Below, piece after piece: positions 36,992 through 45,420 of a stretch of 64,000 nucleotides of DNA. Where the stretch lies: positions 2,769 to 66,768 of the forward strand of contig CAYRSR010000004.1 in assembly GCA_964427275.1 (NCBI GenBank), written 5' to 3'. Under the pieces are notes generated by a model that was not told the DNA's origin, ran no database searches, and worked only from the letters and a program-made list of their open reading frames with translations. Made by a program: the position numbers and the translations under genes. The stretch's first letter is position 1. The number at the start of each line of letters is the position of its first letter. The stretch comes from an uncultured Candidatus Saccharibacteria bacterium. Its GTDB lineage: Bacteria; Patescibacteriota; Minisyncoccia; UBA6257; CAYRSR01.

Positions 36992-37441
36992 ATGGCTGAA
37001 ATTAATCAAATTAAAAAACTAAGAGAGGAAACTGGAGCTGGAGTAATGTCCTGCAAGAAAGCAATTGACCAGGCTAAAGGCGACTATCAAAAAGCTAAAC
37101 AACTAATCAAAAAATGGGGACTTCTGAAGGCCAAGGAAAAATCTGAGGGTTCAGCTAATGTTGGATATATTACCAGTTATGTTCACCAAGATAGTAGAAT
37201 TGGGGTGTTAGTGGAGCTATGGTGTCAGACTGATTTTGTGGCTCGTAATTCTATGTTTCAAAAGTTGGCTCATGAAATAGCATTGCAAATTGCAGCAATG
37301 AATCCCAAGGATCTAGATGAACTACTAGAACAACAATACATTAGGGACCCAAGTAAGACCATCGAAGAACTAATTAATGAAAACATTGCAGTGCTGAAGG
37401 AAAAAATCCGAATAGGAAGATTCTGTAGGTATGAAGTTTAA
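36992..37441 (+). CDS. tsf: elongation factor Ts (short form)
   Basis: MAEINQIKKLREETGAGVMSCKKAI is the EF-Ts UBA-like N-terminus; 149 aa. Confidence 0.8.
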   Translation: MAEINQIKKLREETGAGVMSCKKAIDQAKGDYQKAKQLIKKWGLLKAKEKSEGSANVGYITSYVHQDSRIGVLVELWCQTDFVARNSMFQKLAHEIALQIAAMNPKDLDELLEQQYIRDPSKTIEELINENIAVLKEKIRIGRFCRYEV

Positions 37442-37455
37442 CTTAAAGTGAATTT

Positions 37456-37740
37456 ATGCATGGCTATCCTTATCCGTTTATCTTAAGAATGATTGCTTAT
37501 TTTTCTCTAATAGTACTGATTTACATTTTTGTTAGAGCAGCAGTACGGAAGAAAGAAGAAATTAACTTACCAAAGAAAGAAATTAAATCCCTCGGTAGCT
37601 TTGAGATATTAGAAAAAATGGATAAGGTAGCGGATTTCTGGATTGAAAAAATACTTAGAAGAGCCAGATTGATTTTGATGAAGATAAATAATAAAATAAC
37701 TCTGAAGCTTCAAGAATTTAAAACAAAAGACAGACATTGA
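37456..37740 (+). CDS. hypothetical small membrane protein
   Basis: 94 aa with one N-terminal TM helix. Confidence 0.35.
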   Translation: MHGYPYPFILRMIAYFSLIVLIYIFVRAAVRKKEEINLPKKEIKSLGSFEILEKMDKVADFWIEKILRRARLILMKINNKITLKLQEFKTKDRH

Positions 37741-37749
37741 AGTTAATCC

Positions 37750-37834
37750 GGGCAGGTGGCAGAGTGGACAAATGCATTGGTCTGTAAAACCAACGCCTTT
37801 AATGGCTTCGTAGGTTCGAATCCTACCCTGCCCA
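37750..37834 (+). tRNA. tRNA-Tyr (GTA), type II with long variable arm
   Basis: Acceptor GGGCAGG/CCTGCCC, anticodon loop CTGTAAA, long variable arm, T-loop GGTTCGAATCC. Confidence 0.85.
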
Positions 37835-37884
37835 CAAAAGAACTTTAAAGTTGTAAAGGGCGATTATTGTTATTAAATTTTAAA

Positions 37885-38073
37885 ATGTACAAAGTAAATA
37901 AAGAAAAGTGCGTTGGATGTCAGTCTTGTGTTCAGGCTTGTCCTGGAGCAATTAAGATAGGAGAAGATGGTAAAGCGGAAATAATTGACCAGGAGAAGTT
38001 GGAGAAGTGTGGTGGAGAAAGTGTTTGTCCACTAGGAGCAATTGAGAAAACTGAATCTCAAGAAAATGATTAG
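37885..38073 (+). CDS. 4Fe-4S ferredoxin
   Basis: CVGCQSCVQACP plus a second ...C...CPLGAI cluster motif; ~62 aa. Confidence 0.75.
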   Translation: MYKVNKEKCVGCQSCVQACPGAIKIGEDGKAEIIDQEKLEKCGGESVCPLGAIEKTESQEND

Positions 38074-38422
38074 ATTGACTGATTTGAACTTTGAAAAGGA
38101 AATTCAAAGTACAAATAAGCCAGTTTTAGTTGATTTTTGGGCAACTTGGTGCTATCCTTGTAGTGTTCTTAGCCCAATTTTAGAGAAATTAGCTAAGGAG
38201 TATCAGGATGAATTGATATTGGCTAAAGTGAATATTGCTGAAGCTCCAATGATTTCTGAAAAGCTTGGAATTGACCAGATTCCAACTGTAATTTTGTTTA
38301 AGAATGGAAAACCGATTAGTGGGTTTATTGGAGTAAGGCCTGAGCCAGTAATAAGAGAGTGGTTAAGAAAGATGTTGAGAGAATCTAAAAATAATTATGC
38401 CGAGAGTAAAAACTCAAACTAA
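38066..38422 (+). CDS. trxA: thioredoxin
   Basis: VDFWATWCYPC active site (WCxPC), ~118 aa. Start refined to the ATG at 38066. Confidence 0.85.
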   Translation: MIRLTDLNFEKEIQSTNKPVLVDFWATWCYPCSVLSPILEKLAKEYQDELILAKVNIAEAPMISEKLGIDQIPTVILFKNGKPISGFIGVRPEPVIREWLRKMLRESKNNYAESKNSN

Positions 38423-38687
38423 AAAGAATGAGTTGAAAGAAATTATTGAATGGCTTGAGAACTATGCGAAGAAGAATGGCTTTAGATTAAATCCTAATAG
38501 AGCAATAGTAGAAAAATTAGCAAGAGGCCTTTTAATCAATCAGAAAAAATATGGAGCTAGATATTGTCCTTGTAGGAGAATTACCGGAAATTTAAAGGAA
38601 GATCGATTTAAAATTTGTCCCTGTAAATGGCATCGAGAAGAAATTAAGAAATATGGTCATTGTTTTTGTGGATTGTTTTTTAAATAG
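38397..38687 (+). CDS. ferredoxin-thioredoxin reductase catalytic subunit-like protein
   Basis: Three Cys pairs in FTR-type spacing: YCPCR...ICPCKWH...GHCFCGLF (CPC / CPC / CxC). Confidence 0.65.
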   Translation: MPRVKTQTKKNELKEIIEWLENYAKKNGFRLNPNRAIVEKLARGLLINQKKYGARYCPCRRITGNLKEDRFKICPCKWHREEIKKYGHCFCGLFFK

Positions 38688-38701
38688 TTCTTTGAAATTT
38701 T

Positions 38702-38777
38702 GCCGGTATAGCTCAGTGGCTAGAGCAACGCTCTTGTAAAGCGTAGGTCGGGGGTTCAAATCCCTCTACCGGCTCCA
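38702..38777 (+). tRNA. tRNA-Thr (TGT)
   Basis: Acceptor GCCGGTA/TACCGGC, anticodon loop CTTGTAA, CCA encoded. Confidence 0.85.
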
Positions 38778-38800
38778 GAACAGCAATTCAGTAAATTATT

Positions 38801-38874
38801 GCCTGAGTAGCTCAGTTGGTTAGAGCACGTCTCTGGTAATGACGAGGTCGTGAGTTCGAATCTCACCTCAGGCT
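38801..38874 (+). tRNA. tRNA-Thr (GGT)
   Basis: Acceptor GCCTGAG/CTCAGGC, anticodon loop CTGGTAA, T-loop GTTCGAATC. Confidence 0.8.
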
Positions 38875-38885
38875 CATAGTGTGGA

Positions 38886-39030
38886 ATAAATACAAAAATG
38901 AAAAACATTACAATTTACAATTTTCAATTTCTAATTTTCAATCAATTATCAATGAATTAATTTTCAAATTAATTAAACTAATTGAAAATTCAATGAAAAT
39001 TGAAAATTGATAATTGAAAATTGATTATTT
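38886..39030. repeat. AT-only palindromic repeat element (caattttcaatttt family), copy A
   Basis: Two imperfectly inverted ~45-bp arms: cacaatttacaattttcaatttctaattttcaatcaattatcaatga, and aattgaaaattcaatgaaaattgaaaattgataattgaaaattgatta. Near-identical copy at 42020–42175. Confidence 0.7.
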
Positions 39031-39033
39031 ATT

Positions 39034-39198
39034 ATGGCTCAATACAAAACAAAACAAACTATGGTTAAGTTGAGATGTTCAGAATGCAAGCGAATTAATT
39101 ATTATACTAGAAGGAATAAGAAAACTACCGAAAAGTTACAATTGAGAAAGTATTGTAAATGGTGTAGAAAGCACACTTTACATAAAGAAACCAAGTGA
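39034..39198 (+). CDS. rpmG: 50S ribosomal protein L33
   Basis: 54-aa ORF absent from the ORF track: [54 protein letters not shown] (L33 Zn-ribbon, CxxC...CxxC). Confidence 0.8.
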   Translation: MAQYKTKQTMVKLRCSECKRINYYTRRNKKTTEKLQLRKYCKWCRKHTLHKETK

Positions 39199-39214
39199 TA
39201 TAAGTATATATTGA

Positions 39215-39288
39215 GATTAGGGGCGTGGTGAAGTGGCATCGCGGAAGTCTCCAAAACTTCAGTCGGGGGTTCGATTCCTCCCGCCCCT
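39215..39288 (+). tRNA. tRNA-Trp (CCA)
   Basis: Acceptor AGGGGCG/CGCCCCT, anticodon loop CTCCAAA, T-loop GGTTCGATTCC, CCA encoded. Confidence 0.8.
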
Positions 39289-39325
39289 GCCAGGTAGAAA
39301 TCTCCTCTAAAGTTTATTAGAATTT

Positions 39326-40312
39326 TTATAACTTTAAGCCGATTTTAGCTTTTATTTGGTTTAGTCTTTTAGTGGCTATTTTTCTGGCTTGAATAGAACC
39401 AGTTTTGAATATTTTTAATACTTTTTGATTGGTAATTTTTTTTCGATTTTGTCGATAAGGTTTAAACGAATTGTTAATTAGTTTAGATAACTCTAACTTG
39501 AATTCAGCATATCCTTTTCCTTTAAATTCCTCTTCCAGACTGCTAATCGGTTTTCCAGATAATGCTGAGTATATGGTTAATAAGTTACTGATACCTGGCT
39601 TGGTTTTAGAATCGTATTTAATTTCTCTTCCTGAATCGGTAACTGCTGATTTAATTTTTCGATAAATTTCTGATTTAGAGTCCTTTAAAAATAAGCATCC
39701 TTCCGCTTGAGATTTAGACATCTTTGAACTTGGATCAGTTAAGCTCAAAATTTTTGGAGCAGTAGTTAAGACTGGTTCTGGTAGATTAAATGTTTTTCCA
39801 AATTCGGAATTGAATTTTTGGGCAATATCTCTAACAAATTCCAGGTGTTGTAATTGATCTTTTCCTACTGGAACATATTTGGCATTATATAGTAAAATGT
39901 CGGCGGCCATTAAGCTGGGATAAGCAAACAGGCCAGCATTTACCTGAACTGACTCTTTAGCCTTTTGCTTAAATTGAGTCATTCTGGTTAATTGTCCAAA
40001 TGGGGACAAACATTGAATGATCCAACCAAGTTCTAGATGTTCGGGGACTAATGATTGAATGAATAAAATAGATTTTTTCGGATTAAGTCCAACAGCCAAA
40101 TAATCTTTTCCTAATTCAATAATTCGGTTAGTTAGTTTTTTAGTTTCAGTTCCCTTAAAATTAGTGGTAATTGCATGGTAATCAGCAATGAAGAATAGAC
40201 AGTTGTATTTTTCTGAATTTTGAAGTTCCACAAAGTTTTTTAAAGCCCCCAGGTAATTTCCCAGGTGTAGAGCTTCGGTTGGTCTTATTCCTGAAATTAG
40301 AATAGGCTTCAT
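39326..40312 (-). CDS. trpS: tryptophanyl-tRNA synthetase
   Basis: Class I HIGH motif (TEALHLGNYLG) and KMSKS; 328 aa. Confidence 0.9.
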   Translation of the reverse strand: MKPILISGIRPTEALHLGNYLGALKNFVELQNSEKYNCLFFIADYHAITTNFKGTETKKLTNRIIELGKDYLAVGLNPKKSILFIQSLVPEHLELGWIIQCLSPFGQLTRMTQFKQKAKESVQVNAGLFAYPSLMAADILLYNAKYVPVGKDQLQHLEFVRDIAQKFNSEFGKTFNLPEPVLTTAPKILSLTDPSSKMSKSQAEGCLFLKDSKSEIYRKIKSAVTDSGREIKYDSKTKPGISNLLTIYSALSGKPISSLEEEFKGKGYAEFKLELSKLINNSFKPYRQNRKKITNQKVLKIFKTGSIQARKIATKRLNQIKAKIGLKL

Positions 40313-42027
40313 ACTTCTACTACTGTTGCAACAACCATTGGTCTTTTTCTAGTTTTTTTGTAGAGGAAATTCTCAATTTGTTGCCTAACCAGAGTTTTAA
40401 AATAATCTAAATCTAGTGGCTTATAGGTTGGCAATCGTTTTAAAATCTGTCTAACTCGTTGTTTAATTTCATCTACAAGTTCTTTGTTAGCTCTCAAATA
40501 AATAAATCCTCTGGAAATTACATCCGGATTTTTAACTAAATTAGTAGTTCCTCGTTTAATTGTAGAAACAATTACCACTATTCCTCCTTGAGCAAGTAAC
40601 TTCCTGTCTCTAAGTACTATATCTTTCATTTTTTCTACAGTTAAGCCATCTACAATTGAGTAACTTGATGGAATTGTTTCCATAGTAAACTTAATACTTT
40701 CAGGGAATAAATTCAAAACTTCGCCATTTGCTGGAAGGAATATATTTGATTCGGGAATATCGCATTCAATACCTATTTGCCGATTTAATGCTCTCATATA
40801 ATACGAGCCATGAATTGGAACAAAAAATCTTGGCTTGGTATTTTTGATTATTAATCTAAGTTCCTCTCTAGGAGCATGGCCCCCGGAATGAATGTCTAAA
40901 ACCTTTACACAGTATATTTTAACCTTTTGTTTAGCTAGTTTATCCTTTAAATATTCAATATTTCTTTCATTTCCCGGAATAATTGAGGAAGAAAAAACTA
41001 CCGTATCCTGCTTGGGTTTAATTTTTATCCATCGGTGTTCGCTATTAGCAATTCGCATTAAATTAGCAGTTGGTTCTCCCTGAGCGCCGGTAACTAAAAG
41101 AACTAACTTATTATCAGGATATCTATTAACCAGGCTTTTTGGAATAATTAATTCTTCGGGAATTTTTAAGTAACCCAGGCGTTGAGCAATCTTTACATTA
41201 TCTTCCATAGTTCTTCCGCTGATAGATACTTTTCGATGATGTTTTATTGCCAGTTTCAGGATAGTATCAATTCTTGAAATCAATGAAGCAAAAGTAGCTA
41301 CAATTATTCGTCCTGGTGACTTTTTAAATATCTCATCTAGATTTTTAACTACTTCTTCTTCTGGCACGGAATATCCTTCAACTTCAGCATTTGTGCTTTC
41401 TAAGAATAATGTATGAATATCTTGATTAAAAACATGCTGGTATTTTTTAAGGCTATTTTTCAAGTCTGATTCTAAATATTTTTTCCGATGTGGTAGCTTG
41501 AATTCAGCAAAATGAACCAGCTTTCCTATCGGGGTGTTCAATATAAATCCAAAGGTATCTGGAATACTGTGAATCACTTCGAAAAATTCAATTTGGAAAT
41601 ACTTAGATAATTTTATTTTTTGTTTATCCTGAACTATTACAAATTTTAATTCTGACTTACTGTCAAATTCTTCTTGTCTCTTTAGAATTATCTCTTTAGT
41701 TAACCTACCACAATAAATCGGTGGATTTCCAATTTTATCCATCAAATAAGGTATTGCTCCAATATGGTCGTAATGACCATGAGTTATAACCAGTGCCCGA
41801 ATATCTTCTTTTTTTTCTTCTAGGTAAGAAACATTTGGCAGAATATAGTCAACTCCAGGTGTTTCTTCGTCTGGAAATTGCAGACCTAAATCAACCACGA
41901 TTATTTCATTTTTATATTCAAAAAACATACAATTCCTACCGACTTCTTCCAGTCCACCTAATCCAGCCCAACGTAGAGGTAATTTATTTTTTGGTTCAAC
42001 CATAGTAAATTTAAAATGTGAATACAA
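40309..42027 (-). CDS. rnj: ribonuclease J (RNA-metabolising metallo-beta-lactamase)
   Basis: ITHGHYDHIGAIPYL beta-lactamase motif II, beta-CASP and C-terminal domains; 572 aa. Confidence 0.85.
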   Translation of the reverse strand: MYSHFKFTMVEPKNKLPLRWAGLGGLEEVGRNCMFFEYKNEIIVVDLGLQFPDEETPGVDYILPNVSYLEEKKEDIRALVITHGHYDHIGAIPYLMDKIGNPPIYCGRLTKEIILKRQEEFDSKSELKFVIVQDKQKIKLSKYFQIEFFEVIHSIPDTFGFILNTPIGKLVHFAEFKLPHRKKYLESDLKNSLKKYQHVFNQDIHTLFLESTNAEVEGYSVPEEEVVKNLDEIFKKSPGRIIVATFASLISRIDTILKLAIKHHRKVSISGRTMEDNVKIAQRLGYLKIPEELIIPKSLVNRYPDNKLVLLVTGAQGEPTANLMRIANSEHRWIKIKPKQDTVVFSSSIIPGNERNIEYLKDKLAKQKVKIYCVKVLDIHSGGHAPREELRLIIKNTKPRFFVPIHGSYYMRALNRQIGIECDIPESNIFLPANGEVLNLFPESIKFTMETIPSSYSIVDGLTVEKMKDIVLRDRKLLAQGGIVVIVSTIKRGTTNLVKNPDVISRGFIYLRANKELVDEIKQRVRQILKRLPTYKPLDLDYFKTLVRQQIENFLYKKTRKRPMVVATVVEV

Positions 42028-42175
42028 AAGTGGAAAATATCACAATTTACAATTTTCAATTTCTAATTTTCAATCAATTATCAATGAGTCAATTTTCAAA
42101 CAAATTAAAAACAAATTAAAAATTGAAAATTCAATGAAAATTGAAAATTGATAATTGAAAATTGATTAATATCAA
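42020..42175. repeat. AT-only palindromic repeat element, copy B
   Basis: Shares both ~45-bp arms, and the 30 bp of left flank (aatacaaaag...), with copy A; the central loop differs. Confidence 0.7.
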
Positions 42176-42224
42176 TTTTGATTTGTAATTTTGATTTTTG
42201 ATTTTTTAGTTTTAAATTTACTAT

Positions 42225-42310
42225 GTGCCGGAGGAGAGATTTGAACTCTCACGCTTTTTTAAAGCACAGAGCCCTGAACTCTGCGTGTCTACCAGTTCCA
42301 CCACTCCGGC
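42225..42310 (-). tRNA. tRNA-Leu (CAG), type II
   Basis: Reverse complement reads GCCGGAG...anticodon loop TTCAGGG...long variable arm...GAGAGTTCAAATCTCTC...CTCCGGCA. Confidence 0.8.
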
Positions 42311-42320
42311 ATCTAATTTG

Positions 42321-43226
42321 TTAATAAATTTCTTTTTTCATTTCATCAATAATTTTAGTTTCCCATGGATTTATTTTTTGAAGTTCAGCTAACTTTAAAC
42401 TTAATTTTTCAGCCAGGTTACAACTAAATAGAATTCTATTCAATCCTCGTCCTCTAATTGGTAAGGTGATGTATTTAATTTTTTGGCGATTGAACAATTT
42501 TTTTACAAACTTAATTTGTTTTTTTACTATTTGATGGTCGGATTTATCTTCGATTAATAAAACTATAAATTCTCTAAAATTATCTTGATTTAAAGCCACA
42601 ATTTCATTGTGGGTTAGTTCAGGAAAGAAATTACAAAATGCTGCTTTTTTTGAAGTTTCATTGAGATGAATTTTGAATAAATAAACCAGTGCTGAATTTT
42701 TAAAACTACTATAGATTAGTACTTTTTTGGTGTCAATTTTTTGAGCAATTTTTCTTATTACTGACTCGGATGGTGAACTTGATTTTGCCGATATTTTAAC
42801 TGATTTAAGATATTTTTTCAACTGTTTGTTTAGCTTTAATGTTTGGATTAGAGTTTTGAGCATTAATGGAACTGCCTGGCGAGGAACCAGATTATCTTTT
42901 GGGATAATAACTAATGGAGTTTTTTGTTTTAAGGCAATTTTTTTGAGTTTTCCTCCAGTGGTAATAACTACTGCTAGTGATTTGGCTTTTAGAAAACTAG
43001 TTATAGTTTCTCTTGTATTACCAGAAAAGGAAATGAAAATGTTTAAGGGACTTGAAAAAGTAGCTTTATAAATCGGGTATTTTTGCACCTCAACTGGTAA
43101 AGGGAAGTTTATTTCATCTAATAATAGCTTGGCTAAGTTGCCTACTATCCCTGAGCCACCCATTCCAACAATTATCAAACTATCAGGATTAAAAGATTTA
43201 AGTTTGACTTGATTTAAGATTTCCAT
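42321..43226 (-). CDS. SIS-domain bifunctional phosphoglucose/phosphomannose isomerase-like protein
   Basis: LIIVGMGGSGIVGNL and FISFSGNTRET SIS motifs. ~300 aa, as in archaeal-type PGI/PMI. Confidence 0.55.
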   Translation of the reverse strand: MEILNQVKLKSFNPDSLIIVGMGGSGIVGNLAKLLLDEINFPLPVEVQKYPIYKATFSSPLNIFISFSGNTRETITSFLKAKSLAVVITTGGKLKKIALKQKTPLVIIPKDNLVPRQAVPLMLKTLIQTLKLNKQLKKYLKSVKISAKSSSPSESVIRKIAQKIDTKKVLIYSSFKNSALVYLFKIHLNETSKKAAFCNFFPELTHNEIVALNQDNFREFIVLLIEDKSDHQIVKKQIKFVKKLFNRQKIKYITLPIRGRGLNRILFSCNLAEKLSLKLAELQKINPWETKIIDEMKKEIY

Positions 43227-43236
43227 AAATTTTTAG

Positions 43237-44814
43237 CTAACTTAAGAAAACTCTAGTGGTATTAATATACCAATTCTGAATTTTTTTAAATCGGTTAGAT
43301 GGCTCAACTAACTTAGTCTGATTGAACCCTTTTAGTTTTTGAGTGGTTACATAAATATATTTTGGAGAAAAGAGGAATATTGCTGGCTTATCTTCAGAAA
43401 TAATGGAAATTAGAGATTTAAATTTTTCCTTTCTTTCTTGGGATTGCAAGTCCTTACGGATTTCTTCTATTAACTCATCTACTTCAGGGTTACTGTATAA
43501 AGAGAGGTTTAGTCCCGGACTAAATTTTTCAGAGGAATGCCAGAATGGAAACAGGTCCATGTTGGGAACTGGCCGAATTCCAAATAATAGCATTTGGTAA
43601 TCCCTTGTCTCTATTGCCAGTTTAATTTGCTGAAGATTTACGACATTTAAGTTTAGCTTTATTCCAATTTTTTCCCATTGACTTTTAATCTGCTTGGCAG
43701 TTTCTAATAAGAAATCAATTTCAGGAACTAGTAAACTAAATTCCAGGCTTTGATCCAAATTGTCAAACGATTCTTTTTTATCTTCATTTTGAATTGAAAC
43801 ATAATTTGAAAAGCCTGGAACTGTAGGATTGTTTATTTCCAATGCTTGATTGAATAGTACTTTATCGATAATAACTTTTTTATTTAAGTTATTGGCCAGA
43901 TATTTTCTAAGTTTCTTTTGATTTAAGGAAGGCTGAGTATGAAAGTTAAAGAAAACTGCATAGTAATCTGGAAGAATAATTGAGTGAACCGACTTTTTAG
44001 TTTTTAGTTCAGTTAGGTTAATTGGAGCGATTGTTCCAAATCCATCAATTTCTCGCTGGTTAAAAGCCTGAATTAATTCAGATTTAGCTTGATAGAATTT
44101 AAAGATAAGTTTATTGAGATATGGTTGCCGCTGGTTGTAAAATGGATTTCGAATTAAGTGATATTCCTCAATAAAACCAAATTTATTCTTTTTAAGATGG
44201 TCAAATTTAAACGGACCATTTCCAATCGGAGCTAGATTATATTCTGATAGAGAAATATTTTGAGGAGGGATTTTGCCAAAAATATGCTTGGGAAGAATAT
44301 ATAACCTGGAAAGATTATCTAAAAAGAATGAATAGGGTTCAGGAAGTGTAAACTCAACTTTAAGCTGACTTATTCTTTTCACTTTTACATATTGCCAGCT
44401 TGAAAACAACGGAGAGTTGGTTTTGGGATTTTGAATGAGATTAACAGTAAAAATTACATCATCAGCAGTTAAAGGCATTGAATCACTCCATTTTAAGTTT
44501 TGTTGTAATTGAATAGTGTATTGCTTATCCTGTTTGACCTGGTAGTTTTCAGCTAAATCTAACAGATTAAGATAGATTAGTGAGGAAATATCTTTATCTG
44601 GAGAGTCTAAGGATATTATTGGATTAATTATCTTGGGTTGTCCGATTATTCCTTCTCTAAATTCTCCTCCTTCTTTTGCAATAGGCTTAGTGTTTCTTTC
44701 CCAGAATAAAAGTAGGGATGTAGCTGAACTGGTTAGAAATATTATTAGCATTCCCCAGAAAATTAAGCGTTCTGGCTTTTTAAAATTGTTAAAAATTTTT
44801 AAAAGGTTTTTCAT
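43237..44814 (-). CDS. ABC transporter substrate-binding protein, family 5 (peptide/nickel type), N-terminal TM anchor
   Basis: SBP_bac_5-like region (LKWSDSMPLTADDVIFT); 525 aa; no adjacent permease or ATPase genes. Confidence 0.6.
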   Translation of the reverse strand: MKNLLKIFNNFKKPERLIFWGMLIIFLTSSATSLLLFWERNTKPIAKEGGEFREGIIGQPKIINPIISLDSPDKDISSLIYLNLLDLAENYQVKQDKQYTIQLQQNLKWSDSMPLTADDVIFTVNLIQNPKTNSPLFSSWQYVKVKRISQLKVEFTLPEPYSFFLDNLSRLYILPKHIFGKIPPQNISLSEYNLAPIGNGPFKFDHLKKNKFGFIEEYHLIRNPFYNQRQPYLNKLIFKFYQAKSELIQAFNQREIDGFGTIAPINLTELKTKKSVHSIILPDYYAVFFNFHTQPSLNQKKLRKYLANNLNKKVIIDKVLFNQALEINNPTVPGFSNYVSIQNEDKKESFDNLDQSLEFSLLVPEIDFLLETAKQIKSQWEKIGIKLNLNVVNLQQIKLAIETRDYQMLLFGIRPVPNMDLFPFWHSSEKFSPGLNLSLYSNPEVDELIEEIRKDLQSQERKEKFKSLISIISEDKPAIFLFSPKYIYVTTQKLKGFNQTKLVEPSNRFKKIQNWYINTTRVFLS

Positions 44815-44841
44815 TTAAATTTCAAAAACTTTAAAGTTTGC

Positions 44842-45060
44842 TTATTTAATTAGTAGATTGAGTAAGGCTAGAATGATAAAGATAGAAATCAAACCGGCAG
44901 TTAAATAAAAAACAAGTTTTTCTAATCCTCTTTTGGCTGAGTAAGCAACTTCTGATGTTCCACCAAATATTCCGGATAATCCTGAGGAACGTTCCTGTAG
45001 AAGTATTAGTACTATTATAACTATTGCTACCAATGCTTGTAAAATATTTAGGAAATTCAT
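44842..45060 (-). CDS. secG: preprotein translocase subunit SecG
   Basis: MNFLNILQALVAIVIIVLILLQERSSGLSGIFGG is the SecG signature. Confidence 0.8.
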   Translation of the reverse strand: MNFLNILQALVAIVIIVLILLQERSSGLSGIFGGTSEVAYSAKRGLEKLVFYLTAGLISIFIILALLNLLIK

Positions 45061-45065
45061 TTTGA

Positions 45066-45419
45066 TTAGAGTTTACTCAATAGACTAATTAACACATTAG
45101 TTAAGCTTACTAGTAGAGTAGTAATGACTAGCGGTGCTATTCCTTCAATGCTGATAGTAGTAGAAAAGATATCTAAAATATATAACAACAAAGTATTTAA
45201 AATCAAGGAAAAAGTTCCTGCCGAAAATATCATCAAAGGAAAGAATACGATTTTCAATAAAGGCTTGACCAGTACATTTAGTAGTGCAAAAATCAGGCTT
45301 ATTTTGGCCAGGTCAACGAAATTTCCGGAAATAGTAAACCCGGTAATAAGGTGGTTTGCAATCAAAAATGCTAAAAAGTTAGCCAGGCTAAGAAATATAA
45401 ATTTTGAGATAATCTTCAT
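45066..45419 (-). CDS. hypothetical membrane protein (4 TM)
   Basis: Hydrophobic 117-aa ORF. Confidence 0.35.
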   Translation of the reverse strand: MKIISKFIFLSLANFLAFLIANHLITGFTISGNFVDLAKISLIFALLNVLVKPLLKIVFFPLMIFSAGTFSLILNTLLLYILDIFSTTISIEGIAPLVITTLLVSLTNVLISLLSKL

Positions 45420-45420
45420 T

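Noticed and set aside
38886-42175. Possible CRISPR array suggested by repeated caattttcaatttt units.
   Set aside because: Units are irregular, AT-only, with no constant-length unique spacers. The two large copies are hairpin-forming palindromes 3 kb apart, not an array. No cas genes were seen.
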